Source: a virus (Duplodnaviria; Caudoviricetes). Taken from it: a DNA stretch of 48,925 bases. Below the pieces are notes generated by a model. That model searched no databases, was not told where the DNA came from, and saw only the letters and a program-made list of their open reading frames with translations. Location of the stretch: the IMG/VR virus record IMGVR_UViG_3300037721_000067, positions 1 through 48,925 of that record. One strand, 5' to 3'. Position numbers and translations under genes: made by a program. This document shows, piece after piece, positions 34,461 through 44,548 of the stretch; position 1 is the stretch's first letter; every line of letters starts with the position of its first letter.

Positions 34461-36538
34461 TGCCGCTGCCCCAGCCGCAGGGAGTGGCCGTCGCCGAGGT
34501 GCTGGAACACGCCGGGGACGGCCTGCGCGGTGAGCATGCCGGTCCCGACGAACCGGCGCATCGCCCCGGTCTCCCCGTCGTCGGCGTCCCAGATCTTCGG
34601 GGTGTCCTCGGCGCGCATCAGCGACGGGTTGAGGGTGTAGTGGGCGTGCGCGGTGACGTGCCCGTCGGGGCCGGGCTGCCAGTCGATCGGCTGCCGGGTG
34701 ACCATGTGCCGGGACAGGACCCGGTCGCCGCGGTGCCGGAGCCGGACCTGACCGATGCGCGGGTCGTTCAGGGCGGCGCGGGCACGGTCGAGCCAGCCGG
34801 GCACGGTGGTCGCGGCCAGCCAGTCGTCCTCCAGGTGCAGCACATACGTCCGGGGTGCGGGGTGGCCGAGCATCGCCGAGGCGGTCTGCCCGATCGGGAG
34901 CCGCTGGCTCACGACGACGCGGTGGTCCCACAGGTCGCCGTACGCGTCGAGGACCGAGGTGGTGGCGGGGTCGACACCGTTTTGCAGTACGGCGACGTGC
35001 GCGGATTGCAGCAGGCCGGGGGCGGTGGCGTCCAGGGAGCCGAGGGTCTTGGCGAGCAGGTCGGCCCGGCCGCCGGTGACCAGGGTGACGGCGACGTCGG
35101 ACGCGTCGACGGGCCTGCGGTCGGAGGCGGACGTGTCGGGGCGCAGCACGGCCAGGCCCCGGGGCAGGTCGACGTATTCGACCTGGACGGCCATTGCGCC
35201 CGTCCAGGCAGCGACTGCCGCGATTTCCCCGTCGCGGTGTGCATCGTCCAGCCACACCCGCCAGTCGCCGCGCAGACAGGGTTCCAGGGCGAACATGGCG
35301 GCGGCGCGGCCGACGTGCCCGGGGGGGCCGTCGATCAGGGCGAAGTCCACCTGGTCCGGCATCCGGGCCGCGTACCAGGATGCGATGCCCGCGGGGGTGG
35401 TCAGGTCGACCAGGTCCGACTGGCGCAGGTCGACGTACGAGGCCAGGCCGTGCAGGCGTAGCTGTTGCTCGGTGACCGCCCCGAACGTGCGGTGGTGTTC
35501 CAGGGAGACGACGTGCGCGCCGGTGCGTTGCGCGTACTCGGCGAGCAGGATGGTCGACGCCCCGGATCCTGACTCGACGACCGAGGGGGGGCGGGTGCGG
35601 TCGAGGTGGGCGGCGAGTTCCTGCGCGGCGTACGGGTCGAGTGCCCAGCCGCCCCAGGCGTTGCGGTTGTCGACGATCGATGCCATCGGGGTGCCCTTCC
35701 CGGCATCCGCGGCTAGGGTGCCGTCGCGGATGCCCTGTGCTGCCTCGGCCACCAGGTCGGCGAGGTCTGTCGGGACATCGTCGCGGATGACCCTCGCCGG
35801 GTCGTCGGCGGCCAGCGCCAGCCGGTAGAGCCGGTTCAGCGATCGGCGCACGGCGTGCCGGGCGGGGGACCCGTGCCGGGTGGCGGCCGCGGTGGTCAGC
35901 GAGTCCGGGCGGATCTGCCGGTGGTACAGGGGCCGGTCGACCACGGCCACGTCACCGAGCATCGTCAGCACGTTGGTCCAGAGGCTGTCGAACCCGATCC
36001 GGTAGCCGGGGTGCCCGCCGATCCGCCGGGCGACCTCAGCCCGGCACACGGCGGCGTGGTGGGCCAGGTGCCGCATCCGGGCCGGGGCGGCGCGCATCGG
36101 CTCGCGGACGGGTTCGAGGACGACGGTGCGGCCGTGGACGTGTTGCGGCGCGACCGCCGCGACCACGCCGGGCCGGTCGCAGGCTGCTAGCAATGTTGCT
36201 AGCCAATCCGGTTCGGCCCAGTCGTCGGCGTCGTGAATCGCGATCCACGATTCACGGTCGGCGGCGGCGATGACGGCCGCGTCGCAGAAGTACCGGCCCC
36301 GGTTCGCGGGCAGGTCGATCCGGATCAGTCTGGGGTCGGTGATCCCGGCCAGGGCGGGCCACGGCGGGGTGACCGTGTCGCCGTCGTTGATCACGTACAG
36401 GGTCAGGTCGGTGTGGGTCTGGGCCAGCACCGCCTGCACGGCCCGGCGGACCGTCGTCAGGGACCGGTAGTAGGGCATCGACACGGCGACGGTGCCCGCC
36501 CCCGCCGAGCCGGGGGCGGGCACGTCCGGCGGGGTCAA
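34457..36538 (-). CDS. Three-domain fusion: GT2 + class I SAM methyltransferase + second GT-A domain
   Basis: INDGD, HDADD; VVESGSGAST, SLEH, IDGPP, LDDAHR; HLEDDW, FQHLG; TTG start overlaps the upstream stop. Confidence 0.85.
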   Translation of the reverse strand: MTPPDVPAPGSAGAGTVAVSMPYYRSLTTVRRAVQAVLAQTHTDLTLYVINDGDTVTPPWPALAGITDPRLIRIDLPANRGRYFCDAAVIAAADRESWIAIHDADDWAEPDWLATLLAACDRPGVVAAVAPQHVHGRTVVLEPVREPMRAAPARMRHLAHHAAVCRAEVARRIGGHPGYRIGFDSLWTNVLTMLGDVAVVDRPLYHRQIRPDSLTTAAATRHGSPARHAVRRSLNRLYRLALAADDPARVIRDDVPTDLADLVAEAAQGIRDGTLAADAGKGTPMASIVDNRNAWGGWALDPYAAQELAAHLDRTRPPSVVESGSGASTILLAEYAQRTGAHVVSLEHHRTFGAVTEQQLRLHGLASYVDLRQSDLVDLTTPAGIASWYAARMPDQVDFALIDGPPGHVGRAAAMFALEPCLRGDWRVWLDDAHRDGEIAAVAAWTGAMAVQVEYVDLPRGLAVLRPDTSASDRRPVDASDVAVTLVTGGRADLLAKTLGSLDATAPGLLQSAHVAVLQNGVDPATTSVLDAYGDLWDHRVVVSQRLPIGQTASAMLGHPAPRTYVLHLEDDWLAATTVPGWLDRARAALNDPRIGQVRLRHRGDRVLSRHMVTRQPIDWQPGPDGHVTAHAHYTLNPSLMRAEDTPKIWDADDGETGAMRRFVGTGMLTAQAVPGVFQHLGDGHSLRLGQRQ

Positions 36539-36684
36539 CGCGGTGCAGGCTGGTAGGTCGCCCCCGGGTTCCGGCCGGTCTTCAGTTTCGCGGCGACCAG
36601 CGATTTGACGGTCTCGGTCGATCCGTTCGCGTACGTCACCACGTACGCCGCGGCTGCCGTCTTGCCTTTGCTGCAACTACACAT
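36535..36684 (-). CDS. 49-aa CxC protein following the capsid maturation gene (not in ORF track)
   Basis: MCSCSKGKTAAAAYVVTYANGSTETVKSLVAAK...; overlaps both neighbours; similar small CxC proteins occur at this position in cluster-B-like phages. Confidence 0.7.
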   Translation of the reverse strand: MCSCSKGKTAAAAYVVTYANGSTETVKSLVAAKLKTGRNPGATYQPAPR

Positions 36685-38329
36685 CGGCGGTGATCCTTTC
36701 CAGGTCCGCCTCCACCTGGGCGGCGTCGAGCGCGTTCAGGGTGCCGTCCAGTTCCGCGGCCAGGTCCGCGGCTGCCTGGGCGTGATCAGGGTCGCCGGTG
36801 GTCGCGGCAGGGGTGCCGTCGGCGGGGGTGCCGTCGGCCGGGGCGTGGAGGGTCTCGGTTGCCGCGTCCAGGACCGGTGTCGTGTCGTACTCGAAGTGGG
36901 TGCCGGGCGGCAGGATCGGCGCGAGGGCCCGGGTCATCGCGGCGGCCATCCGGTCGTAGTCGAACGGGCCTGCGTCGGCGGGCCGCGGGGGCCGGACCTT
37001 GACGGGGCGGCCCTGCCGGGACGCGGCGACGGTGCCCGCGGCGACCAGGGACATCTGACGGCCGTTGTTCATGGCGGCGCGGGGCAGCGGGAAGCCGGGC
37101 TTCTCCCGGTTCAGGGCGAGGACCTCCACCAGCTCCAAGGCACCGGCGTTCTCCCGCCAGTCCCCGGACACTTTCTGCCGCGCCAGGGTCGCCACATCCG
37201 CGTCGGACGCTTCGGGGGCGATGATGCCGGACACCCAGATCCCGAACTGGTCCTCACCGGCCCGCACGTACGCGACCGGGCGGGCCCTGTCGTAGTGGGC
37301 GATGGTCGCGCCCAGCGACAGCCGGTTGCAGGCATGGTCGTCGATGCCGGGGCAGCACTGGCAGGCCCCGGTGAGGTCGCCGTGCGCGACGGTGATCCGC
37401 CCCGCGGCGACCGGCAGTTCCTGACCCTCGCCGGTGGTGGTGTACCGGTGGAAAGGCTGGTACTGCTGGGCGGAGGTGGGGGCGGTGGTGCACACGTCGC
37501 GGATACCTGCGTGGCACACCCCGAACGCGGCGACGTGCCCGAACACCCGCCGCACCCCGTTGTCGTCGGGTTCGCCGATGGTGATGGCGGTGACGCCGGT
37601 GAACTCCGGGTCGGCGAACGCGGCCACGTCGGTGACCGTCCCGCACGCGGCGACCAGCGACACAGCCAGCCGGGTCCGCGACGCCACCAGAGCCGCATCC
37701 GCATCCGCGTCGTCCGCGTCGGCGTCGTCCGGGTCGTCGGTGTCCTCCAGGGTGAACGGCAGGCACTGCGCGAACGCGGGGATGTTGACCAGCGTCGCGG
37801 CGGCGATCTGGTACTCGGTGAACAACACCTCAAGCTCGACGGCGGTGCCGTTCTCCCACGCGTCCTCGAAGATCTCCTCCAGGCGTTCCTCCGACACGGC
37901 CTCGTCGGAGCCCGGTTCGGCCAGCACCGCCTCCGCGGCCCCCGCGTCGACCGACGGGCCGATCACCTTCCGCGCGGTCAGCAGCCGGGCCTCGGCCACG
38001 TCCTCCGCCAGCCGCGGCAGCTCGGCGCGGTCCACGTCGTCGAACAGTTCCCCGGTGCCCCACACCGCGAGGGTGTCTTTCGGGAACTCCAGCGACGACA
38101 CCCCCTCGTCGGTGATCCACCCCTTGGCCAGGGCGTCGGCGACGGTGCCGATGCTGATGTCGTCGACCGACCCGATGATCACCGAGTCGTCGTGGCCCAT
38201 GTCGTCGTTACGCTGCCACTTCAGCCCCAGCGGCAGTTCCCGCCAGGTGACGGAGTCTTTCGCGAACCGGCGGCCGTCGCCGGTGGTGATCCCGAGAGGG
38301 GCCAGCAGGCCCCGCCAGCGTGTGCCCAT
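36677..38329 (-). CDS. Capsid maturation protease-like protein
   Basis: TGDGRRF, GHDDSVIIG, ATLVNIPAF, VFGHVAAFGVCH, SGDWR and PGFP motifs. Confidence 0.8.
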   Translation of the reverse strand: MGTRWRGLLAPLGITTGDGRRFAKDSVTWRELPLGLKWQRNDDMGHDDSVIIGSVDDISIGTVADALAKGWITDEGVSSLEFPKDTLAVWGTGELFDDVDRAELPRLAEDVAEARLLTARKVIGPSVDAGAAEAVLAEPGSDEAVSEERLEEIFEDAWENGTAVELEVLFTEYQIAAATLVNIPAFAQCLPFTLEDTDDPDDADADDADADAALVASRTRLAVSLVAACGTVTDVAAFADPEFTGVTAITIGEPDDNGVRRVFGHVAAFGVCHAGIRDVCTTAPTSAQQYQPFHRYTTTGEGQELPVAAGRITVAHGDLTGACQCCPGIDDHACNRLSLGATIAHYDRARPVAYVRAGEDQFGIWVSGIIAPEASDADVATLARQKVSGDWRENAGALELVEVLALNREKPGFPLPRAAMNNGRQMSLVAAGTVAASRQGRPVKVRPPRPADAGPFDYDRMAAAMTRALAPILPPGTHFEYDTTPVLDAATETLHAPADGTPADGTPAATTGDPDHAQAAADLAAELDGTLNALDAAQVEADLERITADV

Positions 38330-38395
38330 GTCTCTGGTCTCCCGTCCTTCGGTGATCAAACCTGATCGTAGGTTGCGCGGGGCGTCCCTTACCGG

Positions 38396-38701
38396 TTAGA
38401 CCGGTCCCCGGTCGGCGTGGACGTGCCGCCAGCACACCCATTGCTCGGCGTGGTGACAGTCGGCGGTCGTCAGGGCCGGGTTGACCTCGCACGGCTGGGG
38501 TTCGGGTGCGTCCGGGCCGCCGGTCTCGGTGACCGCGTACACCGTCTGGTCGGCCCGCAGCAGGTCCCCGCAGCGCGGTACCGCGCACAGGTCACCGGCC
38601 CGGACGCCGCCGCCGGGGGCGTCCGCCGCCAGGGGGGTCGTGGACGCCCACGCGTTCAGCTGTGGCCAGGTGCGGGTGTGGGTGCGGGTGATGGTGCCCA
38701 T
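38396..38701 (-). CDS. Hypothetical Cys/His protein
   Basis: RBS AAAGGGG; fills the gap between MuF and the maturation gene. Confidence 0.55.
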   Translation of the reverse strand: MGTITRTHTRTWPQLNAWASTTPLAADAPGGGVRAGDLCAVPRCGDLLRADQTVYAVTETGGPDAPEPQPCEVNPALTTADCHHAEQWVCWRHVHADRGPV

Positions 38702-38716
38702 GAGGTTGCCCCTTTT

Positions 38717-39544
38717 CTACCAGTCTTTGAATTGCCTGTTGGACAGGTCGACGTCCTCGCCGGGCCGGACCAGCAGCGTCGAACATCGGCATTGGATGAT
38801 TTCGCGGGCCGGGCCGAGGGGGTCTCCGGGGAACTTCAGGTCCGCGCCGCCGACGGTGAAGTAGCCGCCTACCGGGGCGCGTTGCAGGTCCGCGGCCACG
38901 TGGGTGGGGCGGGTCCGTTCGTCGATGGTGGACAGCCACATCTGCTGCATGGGTTCGTCCTTGCCGAGCAGGTCGGACAGGGCCTGGAACGAGTCCCACC
39001 GGCCCGCGTTCAGTGCGCCGATCGTCTCGGTCCGGGCGACGGTGACGGCCCGGTGTTTCCACAGGTTCGTGCCGGTCGCGTTCAGGATGGTGGCGACCCG
39101 TTCGGCCAGGACGGGGATCGATTCGCCGAGCCCGGCCCCTTCGGCGAGGGTCTCCGCGATGAGGTCGAACACCTGCGGCGGGGTGCGGACCATCCGGTTG
39201 ACGACCTCGGCGAGGTGGGCTGCGACCGCGGGCCGGGCGTCGAAGTCGTAGCCGGGTCCGAAGATCGCATCGTAGGCGAGGCCCATGGTGGCGCGGACCG
39301 GCCCGTTGGCGAGGTCCTGCATGGCCTGGTCCCAGGCGGGGACTTTCGCCCACACCGCCGACGGGTCGGGCGGTAGCAGGCGTCCGCCGGACAGGACGGC
39401 GCGGCGGACGGCGACCAGCCACGACGACAGTTCGGCCCAGAACTTTTGGAACACGCCCCGTTCCGCGGCGGTGAGGGCGGCTTCCGCGGCGAGGCGTTCG
39501 GGGAGCCACGGGTCGACGCCTTCGCCGTCCCACGGCGAGGTCAC
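38717..39544 (-). CDS. MuF-like minor head protein
   Basis: VARTETIGA, WLSTIDERTRPTH, FPGDP and IQCRC motifs. Confidence 0.9.
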   Translation of the reverse strand: MTSPWDGEGVDPWLPERLAAEAALTAAERGVFQKFWAELSSWLVAVRRAVLSGGRLLPPDPSAVWAKVPAWDQAMQDLANGPVRATMGLAYDAIFGPGYDFDARPAVAAHLAEVVNRMVRTPPQVFDLIAETLAEGAGLGESIPVLAERVATILNATGTNLWKHRAVTVARTETIGALNAGRWDSFQALSDLLGKDEPMQQMWLSTIDERTRPTHVAADLQRAPVGGYFTVGGADLKFPGDPLGPAREIIQCRCSTLLVRPGEDVDLSNRQFKDW

Positions 39545-41421
39545 GGCGCGCCTACCGCGGCGGGGGTCCGGTCGGTGTCGCGGTCCTTGGCTGCGCGCAG
39601 GACCTCACGCAGTAGGGCGGGGTCGAACGCCATGCCGCGGGTCAACAGTTCGATGCAGAACCCGGAGAGCAGGTCCTCCAGCTGGGCTCCGTCCACCATG
39701 CAGTCGTCGGCGACGGCGTGGAGGTCCTCCCATGCCCCTTTCAGGATCAGGTTGGCGCGGTCCCGGGAGACCGGGCCGTGTTTGACGTGCAGGGCGTGTT
39801 TCGCGGTGCCGGGGAACTGGTCGCGGCGGGTGTGCGGGATCAGCCGGGACCCGGCCAGGCCGAGGGCGCGGCGCACGGCGAGGGTCGCGACCGGCAGCAG
39901 GGACGCACCCGAGGGTGGGGTGTCGTCGTCGCGGGCGGGTGGGGTGTCGGTGTTACCGGGCTGGGTGTCCGGCGGGGACCGGTCGTCGCCTTCCGGGTCG
40001 TCGTCGTCCGGGGGCGGGGGTTCGAGGGCGGGTTGGTTGATGGGGCCGATGGGTCCGATGCCGAGGATCTGCTGTACCACGGGGTCGGTGACGAGGATCG
40101 GGTTTTGTTCGACCGCGCGGGCGACCAGGCGGCGGACGAACTCTTCCGGGTCGGGTTTGTCGTCGTCGGCGAACGCGCCTGCCTGCCGGGCGGCGTCGTC
40201 GGAGATCAGGCCGCGGCCGTGGTATTCCAGGCCGTCGGAGACCCGGTTGGGGCGGGTGGTCAGCGGCGCGGTGTCGAACATGTAGACGTACCGGTCGGGG
40301 TCCTTGGCCATCGACTCCAGGGCGGCGCGGAGGTAGCCGAGGGTCAGGGCGTCGGCGATGCGGGTCAGGACGGGCACGATCTGTGTCGTGACCGCTTCCT
40401 CGCTGATGGCCCATGCGGACCAGTGGTTGGTCTCGCCCATGCCGAGCAGGACTTCCACCGGCACGTCCAGCGATTGGGCCAGGCTGGTGATCGCGGACTT
40501 GCGCAGGGGGAGCAGCTGGTCGGACAGGTCGGACCAGAACGTGATGTGTTTGATCTTGTCGAGTTCGTCTGCTTTGCCTTGGAGGATGATCGGGACCATC
40601 GCCTCCGCCGACGCCCGGTCGGTGAGCGAGGCGGCCATGGTGCGCATCAGGACGGTGGCGAACCCGGCCGGGTCGGCGGCCTCCCCGGGTCGGCGGGGGA
40701 AGTCCATGCCCTCGGGGAGGGTCATCACCCCGGCCCCGGCCAGGCGGGAGTCCATCTCGGCGAACACCCGTTTGCGGTTGGCTTCGATCTCGCGCAGGTC
40801 GGGGATCGCGGACCGGGTGGGGGAGTCGGGTTCGTCGGTGTCGCGAGGGTGCGGGGTCCAGCAGCGCAAGATCAGGTCCACGCCGTCGCGGTACTCCATC
40901 ACCCCCGAACCTTGGAGCTGGGACCGTTTGACCCGGATCCGGTCGCCTTCACGTTTGATCTGCGACCCGGACACCACGAACCACCGGTCCGTGCCGTCGC
41001 CGCCGCCGTCGGCCTCGGCGATGATGAACGCCTCACCGGGCACGAACAGGTTGATCCCGAGCAGCCGCAGCGACTCGTCTTTCGCGGCACCGGTGCCGAG
41101 GGGCCCTTTGGCCAGGGCTGCGATGTCGGGGTCTTCGACCTCGATGGTTGGCTCGCCGTCGTCGTCGAGCTCCCGGACGGTCAGGCGGCACCGGGACACG
41201 CTGTTGCCTACCCAGTTCGCGACGAACCGGAGTTGCCCGGTGATGTCGTAGAGCCGCCACGCGTCGGCCTGCCAGGCGCGGTCACCGAATCTCCAGTCTT
41301 TCCACGCGGCTCCGCTCATCTGCACCTGGGCGACCGCCGCGGACATGGCGGCCGTGTGGTGCTGGCCGATGGTCTCGGGTTCCGGTTGTTCGTCGCGGCG
41401 TGGCCTGCGGAAACTGACCAT
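39541..41421 (-). CDS. Portal protein
   Basis: WQADAW..YD..GQLRF, WTPHP, SRLAGAG and NHWSAW motifs; position after the terminase. Confidence 0.9.
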   Translation of the reverse strand: MVSFRRPRRDEQPEPETIGQHHTAAMSAAVAQVQMSGAAWKDWRFGDRAWQADAWRLYDITGQLRFVANWVGNSVSRCRLTVRELDDDGEPTIEVEDPDIAALAKGPLGTGAAKDESLRLLGINLFVPGEAFIIAEADGGGDGTDRWFVVSGSQIKREGDRIRVKRSQLQGSGVMEYRDGVDLILRCWTPHPRDTDEPDSPTRSAIPDLREIEANRKRVFAEMDSRLAGAGVMTLPEGMDFPRRPGEAADPAGFATVLMRTMAASLTDRASAEAMVPIILQGKADELDKIKHITFWSDLSDQLLPLRKSAITSLAQSLDVPVEVLLGMGETNHWSAWAISEEAVTTQIVPVLTRIADALTLGYLRAALESMAKDPDRYVYMFDTAPLTTRPNRVSDGLEYHGRGLISDDAARQAGAFADDDKPDPEEFVRRLVARAVEQNPILVTDPVVQQILGIGPIGPINQPALEPPPPDDDDPEGDDRSPPDTQPGNTDTPPARDDDTPPSGASLLPVATLAVRRALGLAGSRLIPHTRRDQFPGTAKHALHVKHGPVSRDRANLILKGAWEDLHAVADDCMVDGAQLEDLLSGFCIELLTRGMAFDPALLREVLRAAKDRDTDRTPAAVGAP

Positions 41422-41424
41422 GTC

Positions 41425-41763
41425 CTACCCCCTCCCGATGCTGGCGGTCATGCCGGTGAGCTGTGACAGTGCGAGCGCGAACGCGGGGATGATCACCCAC
41501 GGCTGATGGCCGAGGTACCAGATCAGCGGGGCCGTCGGGGCGGCGATCCACAACGACAGGCACCAGGGGCAGCCGTCGCCGTCGTCGGTGGCCCCGCCGA
41601 CCAGGTAGGCGATTTTGCGGTGCCATCCTTTGGTCGGGTTGAGCCGGTCGACCAGGTGTTCCCGGAGGGGTCTGGTGATCTCGTCTTTCGCGACGAGGCC
41701 GGTCAGCCGCATGACGGCGAGCGCGTACACGACCCACCACCACGTCGGCATGGTGTTGATCAT
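41425..41763 (-). CDS. DUF1360-like membrane protein
   Basis: RLTGLVAKDEITRPLR and CPWCLSLW motifs. Confidence 0.75.
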   Translation of the reverse strand: MINTMPTWWWVVYALAVMRLTGLVAKDEITRPLREHLVDRLNPTKGWHRKIAYLVGGATDDGDGCPWCLSLWIAAPTAPLIWYLGHQPWVIIPAFALALSQLTGMTASIGRG

Positions 41764-41800
41764 AGAGGTGAGGTCCCCTCGCATTGGCGGGTTTCGCAGG

Positions 41801-43444
41801 TCATCGGCCCAGGTGACCGAGTCCGGAGGTGGGCAGGGTGCCAGTCGGGCCGGGGGTTCCGTGCCCACCGGCGAGCGGCGGCGGCGGCAGCAGTTCCATC
41901 GCGAGGTACACCGCGGCGTCGATACGGCCGGGGGACTCGGTCTGGTCGGGCATCCAGGTGGCCCACTCTTCCTCCATCTCCGGCAGGTACGTGGCGGTGA
42001 ACACACGATTCTCGATCCATTGCTGCGCAACGGGTTCCGCGCGGAGCAGCTTGTTTTTCTTGGCGGTGACCAGCACGATCCGCGGGGGCAGCCCGGCGAA
42101 CCTCGCCTCGGTGGCGTACCGGTCGGAGTCCTCGCCGCCCAGGGCGTCGATCTCTTCGCGGCGCAGCGCGTCCCACGCGGTGCGGATGGCCAGGCCGACC
42201 ATGTCACCGCCGTAGTTCTTCTCAGCGACGATGCGGTCCGCGTCGATGTCGACGGCCAGCAGGCACGCGGCGCGGGACCATTCGTCGGAGCCCATCGCCT
42301 TGGACCGGTCATGCGTGTAGTAAAGCTTCTTGTCGGTGCCGAGGTAGCCGCCGATGACCCCGGCGACGTCCCGGCCGCCGCCGGACGGGTCGACCGCCAC
42401 CGCCGACTTGACCGGGGCGGTGTCGCAGGCGGGCGGGTCCTTCTGGAAGCAGCGGCGGTCACGGAGCAGGTCCCGGGAGAGCAGGGCACCCTCGGACGGC
42501 TGCGGGTCACCCATGTACAGCGAGTGCCAGTCCCGGACCGACGACTGGAGCCGTTTGGTCTCCCAGTGCCGGACGGCGGTGTCCCGGTCCCCGGGTTTGA
42601 TCTTCGGGTGCGGCAGCGGTTCACCGCGGGGGCGTCGCAGCGGGTCGTGCAGGACCCGGCCGCCGCGGTCGGTGTACGTCTGGCCCAGCGAGATCGCGGG
42701 CATGTGGATGACGCGCCACGCCCCACCGTCGTCCTCGCGGCCTTCCTGCGCCATGACCCGGGCGGCCAGGTCGTCGGGGTGCCACCTGGTCATGATCAGG
42801 ATGACGGGGGCGTCGGGGGCCAGCCGGGACACGATGTCCGCGGAGTACCAGTCGGACACCCGGTCCCGGAACCGCAGCGAGTCGGCTTCCTGCCGGGACT
42901 TGTGCGGGTCGTCGATGACGGCGATGTCGCCGGGGTTGCCGGTGACGCCGGTGCCGACGCCGACGGACTGGCAGCCGCCGCCGGTGGTCAGGTCCCATTT
43001 GGCCGCGGACTGGCTGCCGCGTTCCAGCATCAGCCCGTACCGGTGGCCGTGCTCGATGACCAGTTTCCGGACGCTCTTGCCGCGGTTGACGGCCAGGTTC
43101 GCCCCGTACGAGCCGATGATGACCCGGTGCGCGGGCCGGTTCGCGAGCCACCAGAACGACGCGCCGACCACCGCGGTGACGGTCTTGCCGACCTGCGGCG
43201 GGGTGGTGATCAGCAGCCGGGCGCATTCACCGCGGCCGACCGCGGCGACGTTCTCGCCGATGATGCGCAGGTGCTGACGGCGGCGGTAGAGGGGCATCAC
43301 GTGCCGCATGAGGGTGGAGGGGTCGGACAGGGCGGCCTGGTCCTCGGCGGCGTTGATCGCGTCGGCTTCCGCGAGGAGCTCGTGGTCGGTCATCTGCCAG
43401 ACCGGACGCAACGCCACACTTGGCGGCTGGACTGCCGTGGACAT
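41801..43444 (-). CDS. terL: Terminase large subunit
   Basis: Walker A PPQVGKT, Walker B IAVIDDP, MTRWHPDDL; nuclease AVDPS, EKNYGG, SPGRIDA. Confidence 0.95.
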   Translation of the reverse strand: MSTAVQPPSVALRPVWQMTDHELLAEADAINAAEDQAALSDPSTLMRHVMPLYRRRQHLRIIGENVAAVGRGECARLLITTPPQVGKTVTAVVGASFWWLANRPAHRVIIGSYGANLAVNRGKSVRKLVIEHGHRYGLMLERGSQSAAKWDLTTGGGCQSVGVGTGVTGNPGDIAVIDDPHKSRQEADSLRFRDRVSDWYSADIVSRLAPDAPVILIMTRWHPDDLAARVMAQEGREDDGGAWRVIHMPAISLGQTYTDRGGRVLHDPLRRPRGEPLPHPKIKPGDRDTAVRHWETKRLQSSVRDWHSLYMGDPQPSEGALLSRDLLRDRRCFQKDPPACDTAPVKSAVAVDPSGGGRDVAGVIGGYLGTDKKLYYTHDRSKAMGSDEWSRAACLLAVDIDADRIVAEKNYGGDMVGLAIRTAWDALRREEIDALGGEDSDRYATEARFAGLPPRIVLVTAKKNKLLRAEPVAQQWIENRVFTATYLPEMEEEWATWMPDQTESPGRIDAAVYLAMELLPPPPLAGGHGTPGPTGTLPTSGLGHLGR

Positions 43445-43487
43445 CCGGTCTCCGTTCTTGTCGTACCCCTCGTGCACACTCGCGGGT

Positions 43488-43766
43488 ATGGGTGACGTGC
43501 CTACGGTCAAGCTGACCGCGCCGGTGAAGGCGGTCCTTGCCGTGCTCGCCGACCAGCACGGGCACAAGCTGCCGGTGTCGGCGATCGCCCGCGGGTCGCG
43601 GGTGTCCCCGGCGACCGTCCGGAAGGTTCTCGCGGAGCTGGGTAAGGCGAGGCTGGTTCAGCACCAGCTGCTGCCGTCGTCGGGTGTCCACCCGCCCCGG
43701 CTGGCGTACTGGCTGACCGGGGCGGGTCACGACGTCGCGTCAGCGGCCCGGCCCGCTGCTGGGTGA
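43488..43766 (+). CDS. Winged-helix DNA-binding protein (MarR/PadR-like)
   Basis: SAIARGSRVSPATVRKVLAEL...YWLTGAG; divergent from terL; probably leaderless. Confidence 0.8.
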   Translation: MGDVPTVKLTAPVKAVLAVLADQHGHKLPVSAIARGSRVSPATVRKVLAELGKARLVQHQLLPSSGVHPPRLAYWLTGAGHDVASAARPAAG

Positions 43767-44066
43767 GGTGCCGCGCTCGATGCCGGGTGCGATCCCGGAC
43801 GGCTTCCACAGGGCCTGATAGGTGAACAGGGTCAGCACGGCGACGACCAGCACCGAGGACAGGATCCCGCGGCCGGTGAACGCGCCGTTGAACCAGGCGG
43901 TCCCGGCACCGGCGATGACGCAGACGATCAGCGTGATGAACGCCTTGGCGGCCGGGGACCATCGGGGCTGGTTGACCAGGGCGACGGCGTTCGACAGCAG
44001 GAACCCGACGAGCAGGTTCCACATCAGCAGGTCGTTGTTGAGGTCGGGTAGCACTTCCATGGTCAT
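43740..44066 (-). CDS. Holin-like membrane protein
   Basis: Three TM segments; NQPRWS..K and WKPSGI pattern. Confidence 0.65.
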   Translation of the reverse strand: MTMEVLPDLNNDLLMWNLLVGFLLSNAVALVNQPRWSPAAKAFITLIVCVIAGAGTAWFNGAFTGRGILSSVLVVAVLTLFTYQALWKPSGIAPGIERGTSPSSGPGR

Positions 44067-44548
44067 CTCCCGTTCTCGGTGGTGAAGTGCGAGGTGTCGG
44101 GGGTGTGCGCGACCAGGCTCCGCACGACGGTGACGGTCTGGGCCGGGTCGGTGGTCGCCGCGGGTGCGGAGACCGCGTCGCGGATGCGTTGCAGGATGGC
44201 CAGCAGGGTGCGGATCTCGCCGCGCTGTCTGCGGATCTCCGCGCCCTGTTCGGTGCTGCGGCGTTCCTGCGCGGTGCACTTTCGGCGTAGGTCGCGGTTG
44301 TCGGACTCGGCGCGGGTGAGCCGTTCCTCCAGGGGTTTGATCAGCCCGACGGCGGCGTTGGTCAGGGCGGTGGCCCCGTCGGCGGAGTGTTTGCGGGTCT
44401 CGGCGTCGTTCTTGCGCCGCTGCGACGCGACCAGCAGCAGCGCGGTCAGGCCGGACAGGCCGCCCACGCCGGTGATGATCGCGGCGACCGCGACGAACCA
44501 CCCGCCGGTCGCGGCCGGGGCGGCGACGGCGAGGGCGAGGGGGGTCAT
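44063..44548 (-). CDS. Membrane-anchored coiled-coil protein (lysis cassette type)
   Basis: N-terminal TM then heptad-rich helix; ATGA-coupled. Confidence 0.7.
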   Translation of the reverse strand: MTPLALAVAAPAATGGWFVAVAAIITGVGGLSGLTALLLVASQRRKNDAETRKHSADGATALTNAAVGLIKPLEERLTRAESDNRDLRRKCTAQERRSTEQGAEIRRQRGEIRTLLAILQRIRDAVSAPAATTDPAQTVTVVRSLVAHTPDTSHFTTENGR

